49,378 nt of DNA from an uncultured Dehalococcoidia bacterium (GCA_950072105.1 CATMOE010000024.1:1-49378), one strand, 5' to 3'. Shown: positions 40,184-48,939, counted from the first letter of the stretch. A program made the numbers and translations. The notes: a model not told the origin generated them from the letters alone.

Positions 40184-40213
40184 AGAGCCCCAGTTTAGGC
40201 CGGGGGCGTTGAT
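40184..40213 (+). mobile_element. IS200/IS605-family end-like hairpin (orphan)
   Basis: AGAGCCCCAGTTTAGGCCGGGGGCGTTGAT resembles the GCCCC..TTTAG..GGGG..GTTGAC ends of IS200/IS605 elements. Confidence 0.35.
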
Positions 40214-40610
40214 TTGTTGCTTAGGCTCTCGGATGCATCAGTTTTCGAACCTCGGGAACGATTTGCGGTAAATCGACGTTATGTATGTGAGCGGGACGCC
40301 TGGGTCATTAGTCCGCCGGCCGGCCAGGTCCCGCCGGTGACCGGTTGGTGACCGCATCCCTTTATAGTTTCGCTGGTCGAGGCATCCCCCATAGTCCCAG
40401 AAGTGGCGGAATCTATTTGACCTGGAAAATACAACATTTAGCGCTATGAGCGGCGAATACTATGTCAGAAGAAAAAGAAGTTCGTTCGAATGGCTTTACC
40501 AAATCGAACAGTCCTAACAGATTTGACTAGGCCGCCCTGGAGGCGGGCCAGCCCCTTAGGACATCTGGCGATCGGAGCAGTCCCCTAGCCCAGATAAGCT
40601 GCGGGCGGAG

Positions 40611-41660
40611 ATGACCGTCGCGTCGAACACTGTCATCGGTACGCTTCCGGGCGGCACGGAGGTCGTGGCCGCGTCTCTCGAGGCCGGACGGGAGCTACTC
40701 ACGACCGTCGATGACTACCTGAGCCAACAGAGCCCGTTCGATCGTCAGGCCCGGGTGAACTTGCGCCGCCAGGTCGTCGAGGTCACGCTGCCGATGTACC
40801 TCGATTACATCGCTTCACAGGTGATGAGCTGGTCGCAGACCGAGATCAAGGCCCTGGGCGCGATCGTCTCTGCGATGGCGAAGTTGTTCGCACCGCTCTC
40901 CCTGCGGCTGCCGGCGGAGATTCATCTGGTCAAGACAAGCGGCCAAGAAGAAGGCTACGCTGCCTACACCCGGCGCAAGGACACGATCGTCCTGCCGGCC
41001 AACATGGTCGCGAGCGTCGAGACCGCCACGAGCTACGGCGACCCGCTCCACCCCACCAACGACGTTTCGTATCTACAGAACGTCATGATTCACGAGTGCT
41101 TCCACCTCTTCAGCAAGAACCACCCTGAAGAGCGGTTCAAGCTCTACGATCGTATTCACTACCGCTCCACCGGCGCCGCCGTCCTGCTGCCCGACGTGCC
41201 TTGGGGCCCGCCCGGGTCCCAGTCGACGATGGCCGATCTGAAAATAACGAACCCCGACGAGCCCGACTTCGACGTCTACATCGAGATGCTCGTGCCCTCG
41301 ATCCCCGGGGACGAGGACAGCCCCCGCGTGAAAAGGGCCCTGGCGCCGCTCCTGCTCGCCAATAGACCGTACGAAGGAGGCGTCTTCTTTGAGTACCTCG
41401 AGTGGTGGTTCATGAGCATCGCGGAGGGCCCCGACCGCCGCTGGGCGCCGGTCCTGGGCCCCGACGGGTACCCCGTGATGTACGAGAGCGCGCCGCTCAT
41501 GCCCGAGTACCTCGCCCTCGTCACTGCCAATTTCACCCAGGAGATCTTTCAGCCCGACGAGATCCTTGCGCAGAACTTCGTCCTGGCGGCGAACCAGCCG
41601 AGCCTCGACATCCTCAGTTTCATGAACCAGACGCTTTCGGCCAACCGGGGGTCGTCATGA
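40611..41660 (+). CDS. Hypothetical protein with HExxH zincin-like motif
   Basis: KTSGQEEG.AAYTR, IHECFHLFS, ITNPD, QPDEILAQNF (candidate third ligand Glu). Confidence 0.7.
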   Translation: MTVASNTVIGTLPGGTEVVAASLEAGRELLTTVDDYLSQQSPFDRQARVNLRRQVVEVTLPMYLDYIASQVMSWSQTEIKALGAIVSAMAKLFAPLSLRLPAEIHLVKTSGQEEGYAAYTRRKDTIVLPANMVASVETATSYGDPLHPTNDVSYLQNVMIHECFHLFSKNHPEERFKLYDRIHYRSTGAAVLLPDVPWGPPGSQSTMADLKITNPDEPDFDVYIEMLVPSIPGDEDSPRVKRALAPLLLANRPYEGGVFFEYLEWWFMSIAEGPDRRWAPVLGPDGYPVMYESAPLMPEYLALVTANFTQEIFQPDEILAQNFVLAANQPSLDILSFMNQTLSANRGSS

Positions 41661-42781
41661 GCCTCGGACGAACGACCATTCTCTCGATCAGCGCGGCGCT
41701 CCTCAGCGCGAGTTTACTCCTCGGGTGCGCTGGGAGCCGCGATGCCGAACCGCCGTTAGGGCGGACGTTCGATACGCCAGCGTACGTGCTTGATCCCTCG
41801 TTCCCCCGGCCGTCGTGGGTGACGTTCGACACCGTGAGCTGGGTCGACCGCGATCCGGAATCGAACCTAGTCTATGTCCTTCAGCGCTCCGCGCCGCCGG
41901 TCAGCGCGTGGACGGCGGACGGAGAGTTGGTGTCGACCTGGACCACGCAAGTGCTGGGAGACCCACACTCGATATCGTTCGACACTGGTCCGGACGGCTC
42001 CACTACAGTTTGGATCACAGACATGGCCCCTCCGCTCCTTGTTGGTCAGGGGTACGGCCACTGTTTGAAGTCATTCACCCTGTCCGGAGAGTTCCTATCG
42101 ACCATCGGGACGTGCGGAGAGAACTCTCAGGGGACGGGACTCGATCCGGTGCAGTTCGACAAGGTAACCGACGTCGCCTGGGACGCGGCCGGCAATCTGC
42201 TCGTTTCCGACGGCGATCTCAACGGGCTCAACAACCGTGTGCTTAAGCTCGACTCCAGCGGTGTGGTCCTTGCGAGCTGGAGCACACCCGGCGATCAGCC
42301 TGGGAGTGGACCCGCTCAGTTCGATCTGCCACACATGCTGATCGTCGACCGGTGCGATCGCATCTGGGTGGCCGACGCGCTTAACCACCGGGTGCAGGTG
42401 ATCGCGAACGACGGCACGTTCCTCGGCGAGATCACGTCCTTCGGTGATCTCGGCGTGTACGCCGTCGCGTTCGGCGCCTCATTCTCTTCGCCTCCGGAGA
42501 CGATACTCTTCGTCGGCGCCAGCCCGACCTCTGGTGGGGGGACGGGGAGGATTTCCCTGTTTGCGGCGCCGATGGATTGTACGCAACCTACCATCGCAAA
42601 CCTGGCCGCTTTTGCGACCTTCGATGTTCCGATACCCACCTCGACGTCGACGACACTCCTTCACTCGATGACTGTCGACCCGGAGACTTGGGACGTCTAC
42701 TTGGCGGTGCTCGGAGGCAAGCTCCCCCCGCAAAAGTGGGTCCCAGCTTGGCCCGGAGGTGAGCGGCCCAGCCCGCGCTGA
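41657..42781 (+). CDS. NHL-repeat beta-propeller lipoprotein, PAL-like
   Basis: Lipobox LLLGC; PHSI, FDKVTDV, FDLPHML, VADALNHRVQV repeats; ATGA overlap with upstream gene. Confidence 0.8.
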   Translation: MSLGRTTILSISAALLSASLLLGCAGSRDAEPPLGRTFDTPAYVLDPSFPRPSWVTFDTVSWVDRDPESNLVYVLQRSAPPVSAWTADGELVSTWTTQVLGDPHSISFDTGPDGSTTVWITDMAPPLLVGQGYGHCLKSFTLSGEFLSTIGTCGENSQGTGLDPVQFDKVTDVAWDAAGNLLVSDGDLNGLNNRVLKLDSSGVVLASWSTPGDQPGSGPAQFDLPHMLIVDRCDRIWVADALNHRVQVIANDGTFLGEITSFGDLGVYAVAFGASFSSPPETILFVGASPTSGGGTGRISLFAAPMDCTQPTIANLAAFATFDVPIPTSTSTTLLHSMTVDPETWDVYLAVLGGKLPPQKWVPAWPGGERPSPR

Positions 42782-42847
42782 AAAAGCAGCGTGGCGAAGC
42801 AAAGAGCGTCCGATCCTCTTTTCATTGCGTACTTTACAAGGAGAAAC

Positions 42848-44241
42848 ATGAACGCATTAAACAGCGCCGTCGATCCCGTGCCCCCGTCCGCGTACCCGTC
42901 GCTTCAGTCCGTGACGACGCCCCAACCGGCGATGCCGGCGTTCTGGGCTGCCACCGTCCTGCTCCACCCCTTCAGCCCACCCTTGTCGACCGATCCGACG
43001 CCCGACAATCCGTTCTTCCAGCTCTGCGTCGCCGACATCAGTTACTCGCAGGGGGAGTATTTCTCCGCGCAGGTCTCCGGCTGCTCCTACGGAAACTGGT
43101 GGTACTTTATTACAGCCATTGGCACGCAACTCTCGACCGATGGCGGAAACACCTGGAAGTTTGTCGATATGGGGTGGACGCTGCCGGAGAACTGGTATGG
43201 GGCACAGGGCCCGAACGCCGCCTGCGCCGGAGCATCGCCGCTGAACTGGATGGACGCGCAGACAGTTGACTGGTGGAAGATCCCTGTTCCCCTCAAGGGC
43301 TCGCTCTCCGCCGCGACGTGGATGTGGTTCGATTCCATCACTGCGGCGCCGGTGCGCATGATGGTCGGCAATGGCCCGCCGTCGCCGACCATGGGCGATC
43401 CGACGCAGCTTGCATTCTTCCAGATGTGGTCATTCACGTATTTCCCGAACTTCCAATCCTACGACTTTGCCAGCGAGGCCACCGCGAAGCCGGAGACCTT
43501 CGTGTCTCCGTCGTTCCCCGGCTTCGCGGTGGGGAACCCGAACGGCTATCAGAATTTCGTCTGGAATTCGAACTTCGGCATGACAGCGTTCATGACCCCG
43601 GTCAACGAGCAGTTCAACCCACTCCCCACGCGCGTCCTGTACGTATGGAAGGCGGATCAAGAGTATTCCGTCTACTCGGACCGGGCCCAAAACACGTTGA
43701 TGATGTCCACCTACAACCCCGGCCAGATGGTCGCGCAGGAGGCGCTACTCACGGGCCCGGCTCCCTACGGGGTCGTTCCTCCGCCCAATAGCGCCACTGG
43801 TTTCCTCATCAACTTCGAATCGGACGGCTCATCGACGTGCATCGGCGGGAGCCAGTTCCCGTTCCCGCAGGAGCCGCCCACCTGGGTCTCCATCCCGCGG
43901 TCGAGGCGACGATCCAGGCGACGATTACGAACAACCCCGTCATCGCCCCGAACACGACCGTCACGATCTTCTCGGTGCTATTCCCGCCTGCGCCGCCAAA
44001 CTACCCGGAAGCGACCTACCTGTGGACGTGGTACGCGCCGCAGAACGCGACAGGGACGGAGAGCCGGCCCATCACGTTCATGCAGTCGCAGTCGGGGGTG
44101 AGCGTTGGGACGAGCCTCGCGCTCGCCGATTACTTTTACTACCAGGATTTTCAGCAACCCATCGACCCGTCGAACTTCGACATACCAGCGTCGTGCAGCC
44201 CGCAGACACGAAATACCGGGATGCGGCACAGACTTCCATAG
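42848..44241 (+). pseudogene. Frameshifted hypothetical protein with two ependymin/LolA-like repeats
   Basis: AAGGAG RBS and ATG at 42848; reading frame switches near 43893-43898 (WVSIP to AVEATIQAT); ends IDPSNFDIPASC. Confidence 0.6.
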
Positions 44242-44814
44242 CCGAGGGGCCTACTCGCCGCCAATCGTGTGCCTGACCCGGCGTTGCGTCCGCGATCGCA
44301 TAGTGGGCCACTATGCGCACTTCCGAACCGAGCTTTCGCAAATTTGACTTGGGCGGTTAGGCGAAGAGATTGGCATATCCTGGGTCAAAGATAGTCTTCA
44401 CCCATCAAGGCGGCGCAGGTAACCTACTGGGACCCGGGAGGCAGGACGCCTTCGAGATGACTACCAACACGCAGGCGCGCGGCGCGCATTGAAGGCCAGA
44501 TTACGGAGAACGGGCGGGGGACCTATCAGGCGACCGGTTCCTATCCCGGCGGCGACTTGGATCCAGATGTTGCCCTTACCCAAAACGGCCAAGCCCGTGG
44601 ACCAATTCCATATTCAGGGCACGCACTGGAATAATCCTTTTGGCCGTCGGTCCTGACGGTGATCCCCAGTTCGGACAACCGGTTTAGACCTGCAACGGCG
44701 CCCATCTAGACTGCCTCCACATCAACAACATTTCCAGGGTTAAGGTGCTCACCTTCCACCTCTCAGACCGCTGAAGCGACATCTACTGGGTCGATCGGAG
44801 TCTTGGAAAGGTTG

Positions 44815-44843
44815 TTGACGGGTTCGAATCGCACTTTTACACT
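44815..44843 (+). promoter_or_regulatory. Sigma70-type promoter for the amidohydrolase gene
   Basis: TTGACG-17 nt-TACACT. Confidence 0.6.
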
Positions 44844-44924
44844 GCTAGCAGACAAACGCAGTGGCGGAATTCCCGGAGAACCCGTGTTAAGCGGGAAAAC
44901 CCGGCGAGGATAGGGGGAAATACG

Positions 44925-45770
44925 ATGGCAACTCAGACTCCCACGATCGACTCACAAGTACATGCCTACGAGCGAAATAGTCCGGAGCGTCCTTGGGCCA
45001 GGATTCCACCGTGGCCGGACGAAGTAACCGGGGACGATATGGTGGCCGCGATGGACGCGGTCGGCGTAGACGGGGCTTTGCTGGTTTCGCCATTCAGTAT
45101 GTATCGCTATGATCCCTCATATGCACTCGAGGTATACTCGAAACATCCGGGCCGGTTCGGCTTGATCAAGCCATTTGATCCGCAGTCGGAAGCCGTCGCC
45201 GACGAGGTCGCTGAGTGGGCAACGACACCGGGTGTGGTCGGAGCCCGGATCATGCTCACCGACCAGCCATTCCAGGCGAACGACCCGGGTATCGATCGGA
45301 TACTCGCCGCCGGCGCTCAAGCCGGCATCCCAGTGAATATTATGTGTTCGGGCAAGCTGCCGCTCTTTCTAGAACTGGCGCGCCGCCATCCAGACACACA
45401 GATGGTGGTTGATCATGTGGGGATAGCCCAGCCCTCGGAACCACCGGCGCCGCCAGAACCGTTCGCCGATCTGGCCAACGTGGTTTCCCTAGCGGCCTGC
45501 GACAACGTGTCCATCAAGATTTCCGGCGCCTGTACCCTGTCCCATCAGCCATTCCCCTACCCGGACATCTGGGAGTCTCTGCGCCTGGTTTTCGACGCGT
45601 TTGGCCTTGATCGATGCATGTGGGGCACCGACTGGACCCGGGCCGTGGGAGTGTTGAACTACGAACAGGGCGTTGAGGCGTTCCGGGTTACGGACCAGCT
45701 CTCGGATTCAGAGCGATCCGCACTCATGGGAGGGACCCTGGCGAAGATTTACAACTGGTCTCCCAACTAG
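44925..45770 (+). CDS. Amidohydrolase_2 family protein
   Basis: IDSQVH, VVDHVG, IKISG, RCMWGTDW. Confidence 0.88.
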   Translation: MATQTPTIDSQVHAYERNSPERPWARIPPWPDEVTGDDMVAAMDAVGVDGALLVSPFSMYRYDPSYALEVYSKHPGRFGLIKPFDPQSEAVADEVAEWATTPGVVGARIMLTDQPFQANDPGIDRILAAGAQAGIPVNIMCSGKLPLFLELARRHPDTQMVVDHVGIAQPSEPPAPPEPFADLANVVSLAACDNVSIKISGACTLSHQPFPYPDIWESLRLVFDAFGLDRCMWGTDWTRAVGVLNYEQGVEAFRVTDQLSDSERSALMGGTLAKIYNWSPN

Positions 45771-46055
45771 GAGCAAGGCATCCGGCAGATGACCGGTGAT
45801 GATCTTCCTTCGTAACCCGATCCAATGCAGCCCTCATGCAAGTGGTCGACTCCACCGGTAGCCGCCGACTTACGCCCTGATTCTTTATCCCTTACCGGCT
45901 TCGTTAGTCCGGCCATGCCGTCACCCCTCCGGACCTAGGGCGAACGCGTTGTTTTGGCAGACTCCCGGCGTTTACTTGAACCAGCCGCCGATTGGAACTT
46001 AGAACACTTTAACAATAGAATGGGTATGGTTCGGTTGAGACTGGCCGAGGGTCCC

Positions 46056-46133
46056 GAGTTGCCGGACCATGTAGCGCTGGGGAGCGCCAATCGCTTTGTC
46101 AGACTCAACGAGAAGGTACTGGCGTTCGAGTAA
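46056..46133 (+). pseudogene. radC: Duplicated radC 3'-terminal fragment
   Basis: ELPDHVALGSANRFVRLNEKVLAFE* versus radC ELLDHVVLGSANRFVSLNEMRLAFT*; 19/25 aa and 59/78 nt identical by hand alignment. Confidence 0.88.
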
Positions 46134-46172
46134 GCCCGTCATTGCGGTAGATCTGGGACCGGAGGCCCGCCG

Positions 46173-46835
46173 TTGCACCATCTGCTCATCGCCGTCGCTC
46201 TGCTGGCCGCCGTCGGGCTCGATCTGATCTTTGTAACCTTCTCCGACGAGCCCTCCGCCGCGCTGACCTTCGCCCTGCTTTCCTACTTCATCATGCTGCT
46301 TTTGAGCGGTTCCGCCGGTAGCTACGTGCCCGACATGCCAGACTACACAACCTTTCTTGGCCCTTTGGTCCGAGAAGGGATGCAGGGATTTGTTTCCCGT
46401 TTGCTACTGGCGTATAGCGTGCCGGCGGTGCTGCTTCTGCTGGTGGCTTTCATCCCAAGTTTGGCCGATCCTCTCACTCCCAGCGCCACCGTCCAGTTGG
46501 GTTCCACTTTGGCGGTATTCTGGCTCTTGATGTCCTTGGGCCTGGTGGGAGTGGTCCAAGGGTTCCTCTGGCCCCACAGCGGAGTCTTCCAAGCGGTGAT
46601 CGTTGGCGGATTGGTGGTATTGACTCAAGGCCTGTTGAGTTGGGCCAAAGTCGACGCCGGCCGGGAAGAGCTGCAATTGGCTTTATACACCTGGATGGTA
46701 TGGGTGTCTATCTGCCTCATCGGAGCTTGGGTGGGGTTGCTGCTGCGTGAAGTTAGCGGACTTCAACCGAGAGGAACCCCGGAGCTTCCCGGAGAAGAGC
46801 TTCCCGCCTACGCTCAGGATATTAGGGAAGAATAA
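46173..46835 (+). CDS. Hypothetical membrane protein
   Basis: About 6 hydrophobic segments; start uncertain. Confidence 0.6.
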   Translation: MHHLLIAVALLAAVGLDLIFVTFSDEPSAALTFALLSYFIMLLLSGSAGSYVPDMPDYTTFLGPLVREGMQGFVSRLLLAYSVPAVLLLLVAFIPSLADPLTPSATVQLGSTLAVFWLLMSLGLVGVVQGFLWPHSGVFQAVIVGGLVVLTQGLLSWAKVDAGREELQLALYTWMVWVSICLIGAWVGLLLREVSGLQPRGTPELPGEELPAYAQDIREE

Positions 46836-46891
46836 CCGCTGTGCCCCGAGCGGACCGGACCCAGACTAGAAACGAAAATCAGGAGGAAACG

Positions 46892-47221
46892 ATGTCCTAC
46901 TTTGTCGACGCTGAAAACCGGGACCCAATGACGTTGGTGCCCGGAGCCCGTACTCGAACGTTCTGGGGTGAGAACATCCTCTTGTCCTTGGTGGAGATCG
47001 ACGCGAACTCGGAAGTGCCCGTCCACACTCATCCTCACGAGCAAGCTGGCATGCTGGTGAAGGGAGAGTTGGAGATGGGCGTGGCTGGCGAAGTTAAGCA
47101 TCTGAAGCCTGGAGACATGTACATCATACCCGGAGGCGTGGAGCACTACGCCAAGTGCGGCGATGTAGCGGCTCTGGCTTTGGACATCTTCAGCCCCGTA
47201 CGCGAGGAGTTCAAGTACTAG
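46892..47221 (+). CDS. Cupin_2 domain protein
   Basis: HTHPHEQAG...PGDMYIIPGGVEH...DIFSPVREEF; AGGAGG RBS before ATG 46892. Confidence 0.9.
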   Translation: MSYFVDAENRDPMTLVPGARTRTFWGENILLSLVEIDANSEVPVHTHPHEQAGMLVKGELEMGVAGEVKHLKPGDMYIIPGGVEHYAKCGDVAALALDIFSPVREEFKY

Positions 47222-47305
47222 AATCAGAGCGGTTTGAGGCCCCGGCGACACGAATCGCCCTTCATGTCCCACTCGGAAGGCTTAAATCATGGGCTTCGCC
47301 CCAAC

Positions 47306-47335
47306 TTGACAGTAGCCAGGCAGCGGATTTACGAT
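47306..47335 (+). promoter_or_regulatory. Promoter of the tRNA cluster
   Basis: TTGACA-18 nt-TACGAT. Confidence 0.6.
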
Positions 47336-47437
47336 TTGAAGTAGGCTTAGAGATGCTGTCCGGAAGGACCAGCCTTTCGAAGCCACGCAACGTTGGGTAA
47401 CCGCCCTAAGTTGCGGCCCAAGGAAGGGCGACTGCCT

Positions 47438-47513
47438 GGGGATATAGCTCAGTTGGGAGAGCGCGGCGTTCGCAATGCCGAGGCCGAGGGTTCGAGTCCC
47501 TCTATCTCCACCA
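47438..47513 (+). tRNA. tRNA-Ala (anticodon CGC)
   Basis: GGGGATA acceptor stem with G3-U70, anticodon arm CGGCG-TTCGCAA-TGCCG, TTCGAGT T-loop, encoded CCA. Confidence 0.96.
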
Positions 47514-47516
47514 AAT

Positions 47517-47592
47517 GCCCCTGTAGCTCAGAGGATAGAGCGGCGGCGTCCTAAGTCGCGCGTCGGGGGTTCGAGTCCCTCCAGGGGTACCA
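47517..47592 (+). tRNA. tRNA-Arg (anticodon CCT)
   Basis: GCCCCTG/CAGGGGT acceptor stem, GCGGC-GTCCTAA-GTCGC anticodon arm, encoded CCA. Confidence 0.92.
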
Positions 47593-47595
47593 TAC

Positions 47596-47673
47596 AGGAG
47601 CGTAGCTCAGTTTGGCCAGAGCGCTGGTCTCCAAAACCAGTGGTCGGGGGTTCGAATCCTCCCGCTCCTGCCA
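47596..47673 (+). tRNA. tRNA-Trp (anticodon CCA)
   Basis: AGGAGCG/CGCTCCT acceptor stem, CTGGT-CTCCAAA-ACCAG anticodon arm, G73, encoded CCA. Confidence 0.96.
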
Positions 47674-47685
47674 CTTTTCAAAGCT

Positions 47686-47718
47686 AAACCGGGGTCTAAT
47701 AGCCCCGGTTTTATTTTT
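47686..47718 (+). terminator. Intrinsic terminator between tRNA-Trp and the convergent integrase
   Basis: AAACCGGGG...CCCCGGTTT stem followed by a T-rich tract. Confidence 0.7.
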
Positions 47719-47726
47719 GGATTCCC

Positions 47727-47753
47727 ATTTTGCCGACATTTTGCCGACATTTT
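47727..47753 (+). repeat. Tandem 11-bp direct repeat, candidate integrase arm-binding sites
   Basis: ATTTTGCCGAC ATTTTGCCGAC ATTTT. Confidence 0.65.
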
Positions 47754-48939
47754 ATTTTATTCTGAGTTCGGAGGGCGTTGATTTCTCTCGGTCTTGGTAT
47801 TTCTTTAACCCTTCCTGCAAAGTGCGTGCGGCATCTCTCTGCAATCCGAGCGGGACATGAGAGTAAATGTCCATTGTAGTGGCAATCGTAGAATGTCCCA
47901 GCATCTCACCAACCACTTTGGGGTTGACTCCGAAGCTCATCATCAGGGTGGCGAACGCGTGGCGATTGTCGTGCAATCTGGATTCCAGGCCCGCTTTCTT
48001 AACTATTTTCTTGGAAGTATGACTGACAGTGCCGGGGTCGAGAGGAGAGCCATCCGAGTGGGCAAACACCAGGTCCATATCGTCAAATGGCAGACCCAGT
48101 AATGTTCTTTGTTCTTCTTGGTGCCTCTTATAGCCTCTAAGCAGGATAGCTAAATCGGGCGTTAAAGCTATATCTCGACGGCTCCGGGAGGTCTTGGGTT
48201 CCTTCAGGATAAATTCTCCCCTGACTCGTTGTAGAGTCCGCACTACTGAGAGTGTAGCCATGTCCAAATCAACGTCATGCCATTTCAAACCCAGCAGTTC
48301 CCCTCGTCTCATTCCAGTGTAGATAGCGGTGTAAATCAATTCATAATAAGGGGCTCCGTGGGCTTGGGCAGCAACCAATAACTGATCCACCTCTGGTGGA
48401 TTCAGGATAACCGCTTCATATCGGCTTGGCTTTGGGGGGTCCACCGCATCAGCCACGTTCCTGTGTATCAACTGCCACTTTACCGCATGTTTTAGCGCTT
48501 CAGAGAGGACTCGATGATGATGATGCACCGTCCTGGCAGATAAGCCCCCCTTTCCGTCCCGGCGCCCTTTGGCTAAAGCTTTCTTGTAATATGCTTGAAC
48601 ATCGGCTGGCTGAAGCTTCGCGAGCGGTACATTCCCCAACGCGGGTATCAAATGGCACATCACTATCATTCTGTATCCATTGGCAGTGGACGGTGCCGTT
48701 TTAATGGCTACATAATCCTCCATCCACCTTGCCAAGAATTCTCCCAGTGTTACCTTGGAAGTGTCCAGTGACATTCCGTTATCCACGGACGTGAGTAGCT
48801 TTCTGAGTTTTTGTTGGGCCTGAGTTTTGGTGCCCTTGACGTTGACGAACTTGCGGAGCCGTTTGCCATCGGCGTCCCGGCCCTGATCAATGGTCAGTTC
48901 GTAAGTGCCCTTTCCACGTTTACGTATGCTGCCGTTCAT
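47752..48939 (-). CDS. Tyrosine recombinase/integrase (phage/ICE type)
   Basis: N-terminal GSIRKRG arm-binding domain; TGMRRGE (R), EPKT (K), HDNRH, LGHS, DIYSH (Y). Confidence 0.95.
   Translation of the reverse strand: MNGSIRKRGKGTYELTIDQGRDADGKRLRKFVNVKGTKTQAQQKLRKLLTSVDNGMSLDTSKVTLGEFLARWMEDYVAIKTAPSTANGYRMIVMCHLIPALGNVPLAKLQPADVQAYYKKALAKGRRDGKGGLSARTVHHHHRVLSEALKHAVKWQLIHRNVADAVDPPKPSRYEAVILNPPEVDQLLVAAQAHGAPYYELIYTAIYTGMRRGELLGLKWHDVDLDMATLSVVRTLQRVRGEFILKEPKTSRSRRDIALTPDLAILLRGYKRHQEEQRTLLGLPFDDMDLVFAHSDGSPLDPGTVSHTSKKIVKKAGLESRLHDNRHAFATLMMSFGVNPKVVGEMLGHSTIATTMDIYSHVPLGLQRDAARTLQEGLKKYQDREKSTPSELRIK

Larger units (their letters stand above)
37762..46133. mobile_element. Putative genomic island inserted in the 3' end of radC (no integrase inside)
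   Basis: Bounded by the radC 3' end (37684-37761) and a diverged direct copy (46056-46133); contains broken genes and mobile-element-like ends. Confidence 0.65.

Noticed and set aside
43900..44101. Arg-rich C-terminus of ORF 42791-44101 as a nucleic-acid-binding tail
   Set aside because: Out-of-frame translation after the frameshift
44363..44810. Long intergenic stretch possibly holding a decayed gene or ncRNA
   Set aside because: No recognisable motif, ORF or convincing structure by eye
44818..44832. GGTTCGAATC resembling a tRNA T-loop or att remnant
   Set aside because: No T-stem pairing or acceptor/CCA follows; it lies in a promoter spacer
47355..47373. TCCGGAAGGA resembling SRP RNA helix 8
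   Set aside because: Lacks the flanking CAGG and AGCAGC internal-loop bases of SRP; kept only as an unknown structured leader
47475..47860. ORFs overlapping the tRNA genes
   Set aside because: Shadow ORFs of tRNA sequences
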